Source: Pedobacter sp. (GTDB taxonomy: Bacteria > Bacteroidota > Bacteroidia > Sphingobacteriales > Sphingobacteriaceae). From it: a stretch of DNA of 64,000 nt. Of this stretch, positions 30,777-40,752 are shown in pieces. Location of the stretch: positions 13,768 through 77,767 of the forward strand of contig NZ_JBEVDX010000035.1 in assembly GCF_040513095.1 (NCBI RefSeq). Reading direction: 5' to 3'. Made by a program: the position numbers and the translations under genes. The first letter of the stretch is position 1; the number at the start of each line of letters is the position of its first letter. The notes under the pieces are model-generated. The model was not told where the DNA came from, searched no databases, and saw only the letters and a list, made by a program, of their open reading frames with translations.

Positions 30777-32207
30777 ATGAATAAGATTTATTTAATGGCA
30801 TTGCTTTTCCCTTTTGGGACGGTGGCAAATGCACAACAGAAACAACCTTCGGCAACGGTATATACCACGGCCCGGGGTTCGGACCTCAAAATATCAAAAA
30901 CGGGAAGCCTGAACTTTACCGATCTGAAACAGCCGCTGGAAACACAGGTCTGCATCTTTGTTGATCCTTCAAAAACATTTCAAACGCTGGTAGGAATTGG
31001 CGGGGCAATAACTGATGCTACGGCAGAAACCTATGCGAAGTTACCAAAGGCAGCACAGCAGGAATTCCTGAAAGCCTATTATGACCAGTCGGGCGGCATT
31101 GGTTTTACGCTGGCCAGAACAAGTATCCACAGTACAGATTTTTCGAGCGACAGCTATACCTATATCAAAGAGAATGATGCAGCACTGAAATCTTTTAATG
31201 TAAAGCATGATGAGAAGTACCGTATTCCTTTGATAAAGCAGGCAATTCAGGCCGCAGGTGGCAAGCTGACTATGTTTGTAAGCCCATGGAGCCCGCCGGC
31301 ATTTATGAAGACCAATGGCAGTATGTTAAAGGGGGGTAAACTGAAACCTGAGTTTAGACAGAACTGGGCAAATTATTATGCTAAATTTATCAAAACATAT
31401 GAGGCAATGGGTATGCCTGTCTGGGGCCTGACGGTGCAGAATGAACCTATGGCAACGCAAACCTGGGAATCATGTGTATATACTGCAGAAGATGAACGCG
31501 ATTTTATTAAGGAATATTTAGGCCCAACCCTGCAAAAAGAAGGTTTGTCTGATAAAAAACTTATTGCCTGGGACCATAACCGCGACCAGATGTACCAGCG
31601 GGCAAGCACGATCTTAAGTGATCCTGAAGCGGCTAAATATGTTTGGGGAATTGGTTACCACTGGTACGAAACCTGGACCGGCAGCGGCATGTTATTCGAT
31701 AATGAAAAACTGGTGAAACAGTCCTTTCCTGATAAGGAACTGATCTTTACTGAAGGATGTGTGGAAAAGTTTAACATTGACAGCATCGGCAGCTGGGCAT
31801 TGGGCGAGCGTTACGGTTATTCGATGATCAATGACTTCAACAGTGGTACAGCAGCATGGACGGACTGGAATATGCTATTGGATGAAAAAGGAGGCCCTAA
31901 TCATGTGGGTAATTTCTGTTTCGCTCCTGTACATGCAGACAGTAAAACCGGGAAACTGATCTATACCAACTCCTATTATTATATGGGGCAGTTCTCAAAG
32001 TTTATCCGTCCCGGGGCAGAAAGAATAGTAAGTTCTTCCAACCGTGATAAACTGATTACGACGGCTTTCATCAATCCTGATGGTAAAATGGCTGTAGTGG
32101 TGATGAACAAATCAAATGATAAGCTTCCATACTATTTGTGGATAGCTGGTAAAGCAGCTGAAACGATCAGCCTGCCGCACTCAATTTCTACCATTGTTGT
32201 GGAATAG
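30777..32207 (+). CDS. Glycoside hydrolase family 30 (glucosylceramidase/beta-1,6-glucanase-like), secreted
   Basis: Signal peptide, then GIGGAITDA, LTVQNEP (acid/base Glu) and IFTEGC (nucleophile Glu), as in GH30. Confidence 0.88.
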   Translation: MNKIYLMALLFPFGTVANAQQKQPSATVYTTARGSDLKISKTGSLNFTDLKQPLETQVCIFVDPSKTFQTLVGIGGAITDATAETYAKLPKAAQQEFLKAYYDQSGGIGFTLARTSIHSTDFSSDSYTYIKENDAALKSFNVKHDEKYRIPLIKQAIQAAGGKLTMFVSPWSPPAFMKTNGSMLKGGKLKPEFRQNWANYYAKFIKTYEAMGMPVWGLTVQNEPMATQTWESCVYTAEDERDFIKEYLGPTLQKEGLSDKKLIAWDHNRDQMYQRASTILSDPEAAKYVWGIGYHWYETWTGSGMLFDNEKLVKQSFPDKELIFTEGCVEKFNIDSIGSWALGERYGYSMINDFNSGTAAWTDWNMLLDEKGGPNHVGNFCFAPVHADSKTGKLIYTNSYYYMGQFSKFIRPGAERIVSSSNRDKLITTAFINPDGKMAVVVMNKSNDKLPYYLWIAGKAAETISLPHSISTIVVE

Positions 32208-32219
32208 GAAACCTGTTTT

Positions 32220-32981
32220 ATGAGACGCTGGCGACCAGGGATAGTCCTGATTTTTATTATTTTGCTCTCTGGTTGCGGCGTCCTGTCCAGGATAAGGCAA
32301 ACGAAACATCATGGGCTCGAAACCCATGATTTCGATCTGCCCGTAATTACTTACTCCAGCGCCGATTCCACATCTAAAAAATTGCTGATCTTTTTCTCCG
32401 GTGACGGGGGATGGCTGGATTTTGACGATCAACTCGCTTCCGGTTTTGCTGCCGAAGGATTTGAGACCATAGGGTTGAATACCAGAACATATTTCTGGAC
32501 AGGCAGAACACCCCAGTCTACGGCCGATGATGTCATGCAGCTGATCAGTAAATATGCATCACTGTATAAAACAAACAGGATCTACCTGTGTGGATATTCT
32601 TTTGGGGCCGATGTTGTTCCGTTTATCTATAACCGTCTGGTGCCATCAATGAAGAATAAGGTAGTGGCCATCACCCTGCTGTCGCCTTTTGCATCTTCTG
32701 CTTTTGTGATCCATACTTCGGATCTCCTCAATATTGGCGGGGACGACAAACCTTATAAGGTACAGCCAGAGGTTGAAGCGATTAAAATCCCTGTCATCTG
32801 CTTTTATGGCGAAAGGGAGAATCCAAAACCATTGGATGGTATACAGAAAAGGAACTTTTCATTAAGGCTTTTGCCCGGAGATCATCACTATGACGCCGCA
32901 GGATATGCGGATATCCTCTCGGCTATGCAGGGCTTGAGAAGGAACCTGCTGTTCAGGCCCTATCGTTTACGAAAGCTTTAG
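32220..32981 (+). CDS. AcvB/VirJ-like alpha/beta hydrolase lipoprotein
   Basis: Lipobox LLSGC and FFSGDGGW, which is typical of the VirJ family. GYSFGAD is a nucleophile-elbow-like motif. Confidence 0.6.
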   Translation: MRRWRPGIVLIFIILLSGCGVLSRIRQTKHHGLETHDFDLPVITYSSADSTSKKLLIFFSGDGGWLDFDDQLASGFAAEGFETIGLNTRTYFWTGRTPQSTADDVMQLISKYASLYKTNRIYLCGYSFGADVVPFIYNRLVPSMKNKVVAITLLSPFASSAFVIHTSDLLNIGGDDKPYKVQPEVEAIKIPVICFYGERENPKPLDGIQKRNFSLRLLPGDHHYDAAGYADILSAMQGLRRNLLFRPYRLRKL

Positions 32982-33065
32982 GTTGTAATTCTTCTTTGAA
33001 AAGTAATTTTTAGCTTCGCTTTTAAAAAAACCGATAGTCTTTTAGGGGATAGCCCCAATTACAAA

Positions 33066-33073
33066 TACCTTTG
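33066..33073 (+). promoter_or_regulatory. TAnnTTTG -7 motif (TACCTTTG)
   Basis: Exact motif 29 nt upstream of the DUF3050 ATG. Confidence 0.4.
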
Positions 33074-33101
33074 CGGCATTAATATAAACAGATAAAGCAC
33101 G

Positions 33102-33884
33102 ATGAATAGTCAGATCGCCAGGATACAGTCCGTTATAGAACCATTAAGACAGGAAATTATCAACCACAAGGTTTATTCAGTTATCAATGATATAGATGAC
33201 CTGAAAATCTTTATGCAGTACCATGTATATGCAGTATGGGATTTTATGTCACTGCTGAAATCACTGCAGATTGGCTTAACGGGTACGACTACACCCTGGT
33301 TTCCGGTAGGGAATGCAAATACGAGATACCTGATCAATGAGATTGTTACCGGTGAAGAATCTGATGTGGACAGTGCCGGCCTGCGCAAGAGCCACTATGA
33401 GATGTATCTCGAAGCTATGGAGCAATGTGGTGCTGATACCAAGCCTGTGCTGGAGTTTACTGCTATATTAAAAGAAACAGGCTCGTTTTTTAAAGCTTAT
33501 GAAGAAGCTGAGGTACCAAAGGAGGCCAGGGAATTTATGGATTTTACCTTTGGGGTAATCAATGGAAAGCAATCCCATTTACAGTCTGCGGCTTTTACTT
33601 TTGGCAGGGAAGATCTTATCCCGAATATGTTCATTTCTATTGTAAGAGACCTGAATCAGAAGTTTCCTGACCAGCTGTCGCTGATTAAATATTACCTGGA
33701 CCGCCACATTGAAGTTGATGGCGATCATCATTCTCACCTGGCACTGGATATGACTGCAGAACTTTGCGGAGATAATGAGGCATACTGGAAAGCCGCTGAA
33801 GAGATTACTGTGGCATCGCTAAAGCAGCGTATTCATTTATGGGACGGCGTATACAATGAGATTGTTGGCGTAAAGGCTCTGTAA
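33102..33884 (+). CDS. DUF3050 (heme-oxygenase-like fold) protein
   Basis: 260 aa. HVYAVWDFMSLLKSLQ and the all-helical pattern are typical of DUF3050. Confidence 0.7.
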   Translation: MNSQIARIQSVIEPLRQEIINHKVYSVINDIDDLKIFMQYHVYAVWDFMSLLKSLQIGLTGTTTPWFPVGNANTRYLINEIVTGEESDVDSAGLRKSHYEMYLEAMEQCGADTKPVLEFTAILKETGSFFKAYEEAEVPKEAREFMDFTFGVINGKQSHLQSAAFTFGREDLIPNMFISIVRDLNQKFPDQLSLIKYYLDRHIEVDGDHHSHLALDMTAELCGDNEAYWKAAEEITVASLKQRIHLWDGVYNEIVGVKAL

Positions 33885-33885
33885 A

Positions 33886-33926
33886 ATAAAAAATCCGGTT
33901 CTCAATAAAAGAACCAGATTTTTTAT
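33886..33926. terminator. Bidirectional intrinsic terminator
   Basis: The arms TCCGGTTC and GAACCAGA pair as a hairpin with one G-U wobble, flanked by an A-run and a T-run, between convergent genes. Confidence 0.6.
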
Positions 33927-34760
33927 TTATTCCGAAAGCAATCTGATTTCATGATCACCAATGGTGATCAGTCTTTCTTTATATAGGGCCCCGGTAGTTT
34001 TCTTGAATGCTTTTTTACTGACTTTCAGCAAGTCGTAAATATCATCCGGGGTACTTTTATCCCCAATAGGCAGTACGCCCTGATTTTCTTCGAGCATTCT
34101 GATCAGTACCTCTTTCATATCGAGGATATGGCCATAACCCATTGGCTGCAGGCTCAGGTCAATCTTACCTTCTACACGTACTTTCTTGATCCAGCCTTTT
34201 CTTACTTCACCCGGATTTAACTGGTCGAACAGTTCATTTGTATATAGCAGACCAATATATTTGTTATCGATAATAGCATTGTAGCCCAGGTCGCTGCGGT
34301 CAGCAATTAACAGACTGACTTCATCGCCTTCTTCAAAGTTGATATCATCCTCCTCAACATAATTGGTTAACCTCGACGAAGCCACCATACGGTCGTTACT
34401 GTCATCAAGGAATACATATACAACATGTTTATCTCCCTTAAACATCGGGCGTTTCTGTTCTTTCTCAGGTACATATACATCTTTATCGATGCCAATATCC
34501 ATGAAAACACCATTCTCGCCATCTTCTACAACCGTCAAATAGGCAAAGTCGCCCACACAAGCCAAAGGCTTCTGCGTAGTGGCATGCAATTTCCCATCCT
34601 TATGCATGTATACAAAAACATTGATATTCTCGCCAACTTCCGCATCTTTGGGGACGTGGTTGTATGGCAACAGCGCCTCTTTATCGCCATCTGACAGTAT
34701 CAGGCCTGTTTCTGTCTTGTTTATAATTCTGAGTTCGTTGTATTGTCCTATTTGTATCAT
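33927..34760 (-). CDS. S1-domain RNA-binding protein, CvfB/YitL family
   Basis: 277 aa with repeated S1-like segments and a C-terminal winged-helix-like tail. The N-terminus MIQIGQYNELRI is typical. Confidence 0.8.
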   Translation of the reverse strand: MIQIGQYNELRIINKTETGLILSDGDKEALLPYNHVPKDAEVGENINVFVYMHKDGKLHATTQKPLACVGDFAYLTVVEDGENGVFMDIGIDKDVYVPEKEQKRPMFKGDKHVVYVFLDDSNDRMVASSRLTNYVEEDDINFEEGDEVSLLIADRSDLGYNAIIDNKYIGLLYTNELFDQLNPGEVRKGWIKKVRVEGKIDLSLQPMGYGHILDMKEVLIRMLEENQGVLPIGDKSTPDDIYDLLKVSKKAFKKTTGALYKERLITIGDHEIRLLSE

Positions 34761-34784
34761 TGGTGTTTACTGTTATTCAATCTG

Positions 34785-34792
34785 CAAAGGTA
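34785..34792 (-). promoter_or_regulatory. TAnnTTTG -7 motif (TACCTTTG on the minus strand)
   Basis: Exact motif 25 nt upstream of the CvfB-like start. Confidence 0.4.
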
Positions 34793-34943
34793 GCAATATC
34801 GGAGCAGGAACTGACATCGATCAAATATCCTTTTCATAATTATTGAAAAAGCTTACCACTATGCAGAATTCAATTTTTTATAAAAAACTGATTATATTTA
34901 ATTTTTGAGAACATATGCTGACGGTTAGCGTTATGCCCTGCAG

Positions 34944-35456
34944 ATGAACAATTCAGCTATCAACCCAATTAAAACAGCCTTTCCACCAATTGTAGACGAG
35001 CACTGCACAGTGCTATTGCTGGGTACAATGCCAGGTGACCGCTCACTGAGGCTTCAGCAATATTACGGGCATGCAGGTAACCATTTCTGGAAATTGATTT
35101 ATACGCTTTTTGACCAGCCGCTGCAACCTGATTACGAACAGAGAAAATCATTCTTACTTGAGCATCATATTGCCCTTTGGGATGTACTGGAGTCCTGCAC
35201 CTGCGAGGGTAGTCTGGACAGTAATATCAAAAATGAGGTGGTTAATGATTTTGCGGCTTTTTATGAGCAGTATCCAAACCTCAGCCATGTCTTTTTTGAC
35301 AGCAGGAAAGCTGAAGAGTTTTACCTGAAGTACGTTGGAAAAAGCATGGATAAGATCTATCATTTGCTGCCCTCTCCAAGTCGTGCGAATGCCTCCAAAT
35401 CATTCGAACAAAAACTTGAAGCCTGGAAGGAGTTACTGCTGTATACAAAAGGATAA
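34944..35456 (+). CDS. Uracil-DNA glycosylase superfamily protein (family 6, hypoxanthine/deoxyinosine DNA glycosylase-like)
   Basis: 170 aa. LLLGTMPGDRSL...YYGHAGNHFW matches the motif of this family. Confidence 0.72.
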   Translation: MNNSAINPIKTAFPPIVDEHCTVLLLGTMPGDRSLRLQQYYGHAGNHFWKLIYTLFDQPLQPDYEQRKSFLLEHHIALWDVLESCTCEGSLDSNIKNEVVNDFAAFYEQYPNLSHVFFDSRKAEEFYLKYVGKSMDKIYHLLPSPSRANASKSFEQKLEAWKELLLYTKG

Positions 35457-35500
35457 ATCGTATTAATCAATCATTTGTGTTGCTTATCTTTGCGCTATAA

Positions 35501-36661
35501 ATGAACGATATCATCTCCAAAAACACCCACAGGATATTCCTGAGTACCTTTTTCTTTATGTCTGGCTTCAGCTTTTCCACCTGGGCCTCAAGAATCCCGA
35601 CCATCAAAATGGCCTTTGGGTTTAATGATGCAGAGCTGGGTTCGATCCTGCTGGCTATGCCTGTTGGTTCTCTGATTGGTTTACCCATCACCGGCTGGCT
35701 GGTCTCGCGTTATGACAGCCGTATCCCGCTGACTGTCGGTTATGCATTGAACTCAGTTGCCATGGCTCTGATCGGCTTTACGCACAATACAGTTGCGCTG
35801 GTCGTTGCGGTTGTGCTGTTCGCCTTTACATCCAGGATCTTTAACATTTCGATGAATACGCAGGCCATCACCGTGCAAAAGTTATTTACTAAAAAGATCA
35901 ACGGGTCTTTTCATGGTTTCTGGAGTACGGGGGGGATTGCCGGGGTTGCATTTTCAACCGTATTGCTGGCGTTAAACGCGTCTATCCAGGTTCACTTTCT
36001 GATCGTTGCCAGCATCACCCTGCTGATGGCAGCTTATTCTTTCAGGTTTCTGTTGAAAGGCGACCGTTCTGCGAGTGGCAATAAAATCATTATCGGCAAG
36101 CCTGATCCCTATATCCTTTGTCTGGGGATCGTTGCTTTCCTTTCGGCTATCTGTGAAGGAGGAATGTTCGACTGGAGCGGTATATATTTCCAGCAGGTGC
36201 TGCATGTTAAGATCTTTACCTATGGATACCTGATCTTCATGTTATTTATGGCCATGTCCCGCTTTCTTTCTGATCTGATCATTGGAAAGATTGGTATGGC
36301 AGCCACTTACTTGATGAGTGCCGTGTTTATTATTTCCGGTATCCTGATGGCTATTGTGATCCCTCATTTCTGGATCGCGATGATTGGGTTTTCGCTTGTG
36401 GGTTTCGGTACGGCTTCAGTTATCCCGATGTCTTATTCCATGGCGGGTAATTCCAGGAAGTATTCTGCAGGTATGGCAATCTCCATCATTGCCACTTACT
36501 ATATTACCGGCACATTTTTGGGACCGCCGCTGATCGGTTACCTGGCGCACGCTTTTGGATTGAGAATCGCGTTTATTGTATTTGGGGCTTGCGGACTGCT
36601 GCTAATCCCTGTATCTCAGCTGGTTTTTAAGTATAAAAAGTTTGAAGAAGAAATAATTTAA
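35501..36661 (+). CDS. MFS transporter
   Basis: 386 aa with about 12 TM helices. A TATCTTTG motif lies at 35485-35492. Confidence 0.85.
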   Translation: MNDIISKNTHRIFLSTFFFMSGFSFSTWASRIPTIKMAFGFNDAELGSILLAMPVGSLIGLPITGWLVSRYDSRIPLTVGYALNSVAMALIGFTHNTVALVVAVVLFAFTSRIFNISMNTQAITVQKLFTKKINGSFHGFWSTGGIAGVAFSTVLLALNASIQVHFLIVASITLLMAAYSFRFLLKGDRSASGNKIIIGKPDPYILCLGIVAFLSAICEGGMFDWSGIYFQQVLHVKIFTYGYLIFMLFMAMSRFLSDLIIGKIGMAATYLMSAVFIISGILMAIVIPHFWIAMIGFSLVGFGTASVIPMSYSMAGNSRKYSAGMAISIIATYYITGTFLGPPLIGYLAHAFGLRIAFIVFGACGLLLIPVSQLVFKYKKFEEEII

Positions 36662-36732
36662 AAAAATATGCTGCCCGCACACAATATTTCGCTTTTTAAG
36701 CGTTTATATATCCGAGAGCGTTAATTTAGATG

Positions 36733-36771
36733 GCGGGGATGTTGCGAGAGTGATATCCCCGCTTCTTTTTT
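36733..36771 (+). terminator. Intrinsic terminator
   Basis: GCGGGGAT...ATCCCCGC hairpin followed by TTCTTTTTT. Confidence 0.7.
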
Positions 36772-36822
36772 ACAGCTAAAACAATACCATCCTCCGGTAT
36801 GTTATTCATCAAAACAGCGATC

Positions 36823-37119
36823 ATGTCAAACTTCAGCGAAATCATTAAATCAGAAAAACCCGTATTGGTAGACTTCTCTGCCGAATGGTGCGGACCTTGT
36901 AAAATGATGGCACCGATTCTTCAGCAGTTAAAGGGACTGATGGGAGAGCGTGCAACTATCCTCAAAGTGGATGTAGACAAGAACCCGGCAGTATCAGGTC
37001 AGTATCAGATCCAGGGTGTTCCTACACTGATCCTGTTTAAAGGCGGAGAAGTGAAATGGAGGCAGTCGGGCGTAATCCCTGCAAATCAGCTGCAGAGCAT
37101 TATTGAAAGACATCTTTAG
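36823..37119 (+). CDS. trxA: Thioredoxin
   Basis: 98 aa with the WCGPC active site. Confidence 0.92.
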   Translation: MSNFSEIIKSEKPVLVDFSAEWCGPCKMMAPILQQLKGLMGERATILKVDVDKNPAVSGQYQIQGVPTLILFKGGEVKWRQSGVIPANQLQSIIERHL

Positions 37120-37197
37120 AAGATATCTGTACATGTTTATATATTGATATCATTATGTAGATATGCAGATGTACTTTGGTGCCAGACTTCAGCAGGT

Positions 37198-38394
37198 TTA
37201 AACATAGGTTTGATTTAAAAATACCTCTGCAATTGTTCCGCTGCCATCAATTGATCTTAGCCTGAATTCCCCGTTGAGGTCTTCAACCATTCTTTTTACC
37301 AGTGATAATGCGGATTTGTCACTACATGGATCTGTAGTTTCAATTTCTTCTCCAGTGAGCACCTTGTCTACAGCTGTATTGCTCATACCAGAACCAGAAT
37401 CAGTTACTTTGATCTTGAGCAGGTTGTAAGTAGCCTGGGCCTTAATTTCCAGGTCAACTGTGATCAGGCCCATCTCTGTAGTACAGCTAAGCGCACAATT
37501 GATAAGATTGCCGGTAATCTGAAGTACTTTATTTTTCATGAAGGCCACAAACTTTGTGCGTTCACTTACATTGACTTCGAGTTCTATACCTTTATTGATT
37601 GCCTGTGGGGTATATAACCTTTCCAGCTTATCTTTAAAAATATGAAGATTAAATTCGTCCTTTTTTAAAGGCGCAATCTGGATCTCAGCAATAATCTGGT
37701 CAGCGATGCTCATTACATCTTTACTGCTGCTGTTGATCTGTGCCGCAGCCTCAAGGATATCATCCATTGTATTTTCCGATCCCTGATCTGCGATTAGTCC
37801 GGATAGGCCTATGATACCTGCCAGCGGGCCTCTGATCTCATGCGCAATCTTTTTCTGGGATTCCGTAAGTTCTGACAGGTTATGTTTGAGCGTATCAATG
37901 GTTTTCAGTGTATTCAGGCGGTTGGCCACTTCTGCCGCTACAATCTTCAGCAGTTCGATTTTATCCGGACCAAGCGATCTGTATTCATCGTCAATTACAC
38001 AAAGCGCCCCAATGTGATGTCCGTCAGCGGTAGTCAAAGGCAGGCCGAAATAGTATTTCAGCTGCAATGGACCCGAAACATATGGTTTGTCTTTAAAGCG
38101 CTCATCCGCGGAAAGATCAGGAATTTCAAACTGGTGTTTTTCCGCAATTGTATATTGGCAGACAGAATCTTCCCGTGGCATTTGATTGATATTAAGGCCA
38201 TGTTCTGCTATGGTCCATTGTGTAAAAGTATCAATGAGGTTCACCAGTGACATTTTTGTACCGGCAATTTTTGCGGCGAGGGTGGCAAGATCTTTGAACT
38301 GCTCTCCCATATTGGAGTAGTCGATGTCAAATTCTGCCAGGCTGAATACCCTTTCTATCTCATTATCTGGCAGAGGAAGAGGTTTTTTAGACAT
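37198..38394 (-). CDS. Cytoplasmic GAF-domain sensor histidine kinase; no adjacent response regulator
   Basis: N-terminal GAF-like domain, H-box AHEIRGPLAGIIG and a C-terminal HATPase-like region (VTDSGSGM). Confidence 0.8.
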   Translation of the reverse strand: MSKKPLPLPDNEIERVFSLAEFDIDYSNMGEQFKDLATLAAKIAGTKMSLVNLIDTFTQWTIAEHGLNINQMPREDSVCQYTIAEKHQFEIPDLSADERFKDKPYVSGPLQLKYYFGLPLTTADGHHIGALCVIDDEYRSLGPDKIELLKIVAAEVANRLNTLKTIDTLKHNLSELTESQKKIAHEIRGPLAGIIGLSGLIADQGSENTMDDILEAAAQINSSSKDVMSIADQIIAEIQIAPLKKDEFNLHIFKDKLERLYTPQAINKGIELEVNVSERTKFVAFMKNKVLQITGNLINCALSCTTEMGLITVDLEIKAQATYNLLKIKVTDSGSGMSNTAVDKVLTGEEIETTDPCSDKSALSLVKRMVEDLNGEFRLRSIDGSGTIAEVFLNQTYV

Positions 38395-38557
38395 AAATAA
38401 ATTCGTAGTTTAGAAGCGTTGTACTAAAATAACTGTTATTTGTTATAAATTGTTGTTCATTTTGTGAAATAACCTGTTCATTTTCTGAGGCAATTAAATC
38501 AGTTTAATAGCTGCCAATAGCCAATTATTATATAACTTTAAAAATCAAATATAAATT

Positions 38558-38995
38558 ATGAAGAAATTATCTGTGATACTCCTGATTTTTGCGAGCAGCC
38601 TGGCTGCAAATGCACAGTCTAAAGATGAAACCCTTGTTGCTGCAGGTGTAGAGAAACTACGGGCAGCAATGATCAGCGGCAATAAAGCCGATCTGGAAAG
38701 TGTATTGTCCAATGATTTGACCTATGCTCATTCGAGCGGAAAAATTCAGAGCAAGGAAGTTTTTGTTGAAGAGATCTCTACCAAGAAATCTGATTTTGTG
38801 ACCATTGCCCTGACTAAACAAAGCATCAGTATTACAGGTGATGTGGCTATTGTTAGTCACCAGTTGAATGCAACAACAAATGACGGCGGTAAACCTGCGG
38901 CCCCGCATTTGAATATTGTTCTGGTGTGGAAGAAAACAAAAAGCGAATGGAAGCTGATTGCCAGAAGGGCCTTTCACGCGCCAGCGGCAGAATAG
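38558..38995 (+). CDS. Secreted NTF2-like (DUF4440/SnoaL-like) protein
   Basis: Signal peptide ending in ANAQ, with size and pattern typical of DUF4440. Confidence 0.65.
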   Translation: MKKLSVILLIFASSLAANAQSKDETLVAAGVEKLRAAMISGNKADLESVLSNDLTYAHSSGKIQSKEVFVEEISTKKSDFVTIALTKQSISITGDVAIVSHQLNATTNDGGKPAAPHLNIVLVWKKTKSEWKLIARRAFHAPAAE

Positions 38996-39015
38996 GAAAT
39001 GAAATGCAGAACTGA

Positions 39016-40278
39016 TCAGTAGCTGCGGTTTAACCTGCTGATCAGTTCTGAACTTTGCAGCCTGCCGTGCTCCAGCCGGTCTTCAAAGAAAAGCTTGGCA
39101 TCATTGAAATGATGTTTATAGCCATTCATATCACCATAACCTATGATAGATGACCATTCCCTTACCGCAGAGTGGAATTCCAGATCATCCGTACGGATCT
39201 GTTTATTATAGATAGCTGCATTGATAGATTCTTCAAGCAGCTCTTCATTCCTGAAAAGGTACTCTACAATCCCAAGTCTTAATCTGAAAGGAGGTGTCTG
39301 GCAGATCAGGTTGTCATAAGGGTTGATTCCCAGCTGGTACCATGCATCGGCCATACTCAGTAAACTCAAGTGTGAATTTGGTGTACGCGGTATCCCGCTG
39401 CCTGATAGGGAGAACTCCTGCATCACCTGATTATCCAGCAGCAGGAACTGTTTGGTATCAGGAAAAAGGAAATGTTTAGCCTTCATGATGCGCACACGAA
39501 AATCATTCTCATTTTCTGTGATCATCATTTTAAAAAGATCCGATTCTGATTGGGCATAGGATTTAATCTGCTGCCTTGCATAGGGGTTCAGAATGGCTAG
39601 TCCGGCATAAATATGTGCTTTATAACTGAAGATCCTGAGCATGGTCAGAATCTTGACATTGTCGATTCCCCCAAAGTAAGAGGCATTTTCCCAGGGAAAA
39701 AATCCTGCGCTTTTCCAGGCTGTGCCCATGCTTTCAAAGCCCATATGTGTTACCGCCTGTGTATCCGCTACAATTTTATCATGGGTATGGTAATCACTCA
39801 TCTCTACCAGGTCAGATTCCAGTGCGGAAAGCACATCCACCATCCGCATGTAAGCTTCTGCATCGCAGCGGTAGGGGATAACGATCAATGTCTGGTCTTT
39901 TGTATCAAATCCGGGTCCGTGCAGGGAGTGACAGGTAATGATATTTACATCTTTGGGCAGGTAGGCTTCAAAGGCGGCTATTTCGGGATGTTTTACAGAG
40001 GTTTGTCCTGCTACAATTGCACCATATTTAGTTGCACTGCCATATCTCTGTACCACATCTGCAATTTTTTCGGCCTCTACGGCATAAAAAATGATATCAG
40101 ATTTTCTGGATACAGCACTTCCGTCAACCATCAGCTCAATCCCCAGCGGAGAAAGTTCTTCTTCCAGTTTTTCATAAAACTCAGGCAGATCAGAACCGCA
40201 TACCTGGTATCCCGCTTTTGCAAAACGTTTTGCATAAAGTTTGCCCATATCTCCCAGGCCAATAATTCCTATAAGCAT
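39016..40278 (-). CDS. tyrA: Prephenate dehydrogenase, fungal TYR1-like long form
   Basis: 420 aa. Matches remembered yeast Tyr1 along the whole length: GIIGLGDMGKLYA, GQTSVKHPEIAAFEAYLPKD, HSLHGP, HDKIVADTQAVTH, PNSHLSLL and DDLEF. Confidence 0.85.
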   Translation of the reverse strand: MLIGIIGLGDMGKLYAKRFAKAGYQVCGSDLPEFYEKLEEELSPLGIELMVDGSAVSRKSDIIFYAVEAEKIADVVQRYGSATKYGAIVAGQTSVKHPEIAAFEAYLPKDVNIITCHSLHGPGFDTKDQTLIVIPYRCDAEAYMRMVDVLSALESDLVEMSDYHTHDKIVADTQAVTHMGFESMGTAWKSAGFFPWENASYFGGIDNVKILTMLRIFSYKAHIYAGLAILNPYARQQIKSYAQSESDLFKMMITENENDFRVRIMKAKHFLFPDTKQFLLLDNQVMQEFSLSGSGIPRTPNSHLSLLSMADAWYQLGINPYDNLICQTPPFRLRLGIVEYLFRNEELLEESINAAIYNKQIRTDDLEFHSAVREWSSIIGYGDMNGYKHHFNDAKLFFEDRLEHGRLQSSELISRLNRSY

Positions 40279-40374
40279 CGCATCATATTATGTAGCAAAT
40301 TACCGAAAATATGCTGATAAAGGAGGAACATTTAGCACATTTCTTATTAGTTTTACGCTGATTTAACTACCACA

Positions 40375-40752
40375 ATGGATCAGCAGCAGAAAGAAGCAGT
40401 AGAAAATATCCGTCAGTCTCGCGAAAATTCAAATAAAGCTATCCGTGAGCATAATGTTTCTGGAGTAGCACAGTACTGGCTCGAGGATATGATTGTGATC
40501 TCCGGTGAGGGAGGGCAGTATGTTGGCAAAAAAGCCCTCGTAGAAGTTTTCACAGAGATGTTTGCTGCAGATCCTCCGGTATTTGAACGTATTCCCGCCG
40601 AGATTAAAATAGGAGACAGTGGAATTCTGGCCTGGGAAACAGGAACCTGGAACTACAAAACTGCAAAGTTCAGGGGCAATTACTCTGCCATGTGGCGGAA
40701 AGTCAAAGGTGTTTGGCTGACCCAGTCCGAATTATTTGTTTCGCTGGATTAG
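40375..40752 (+). CDS. NTF2-like (DUF4440/SnoaL-like) protein
   Basis: 125 aa with a pattern typical of the family. Confidence 0.65.
   Translation: MDQQQKEAVENIRQSRENSNKAIREHNVSGVAQYWLEDMIVISGEGGQYVGKKALVEVFTEMFAADPPVFERIPAEIKIGDSGILAWETGTWNYKTAKFRGNYSAMWRKVKGVWLTQSELFVSLD

Noticed and set aside
35648-35658. A tRNA T-loop-like GGGTTCGATCC.
   Set aside because: It lies inside the MFS CDS, and the flanking sequence cannot form T or acceptor stems. I found no tRNA genes in the window.
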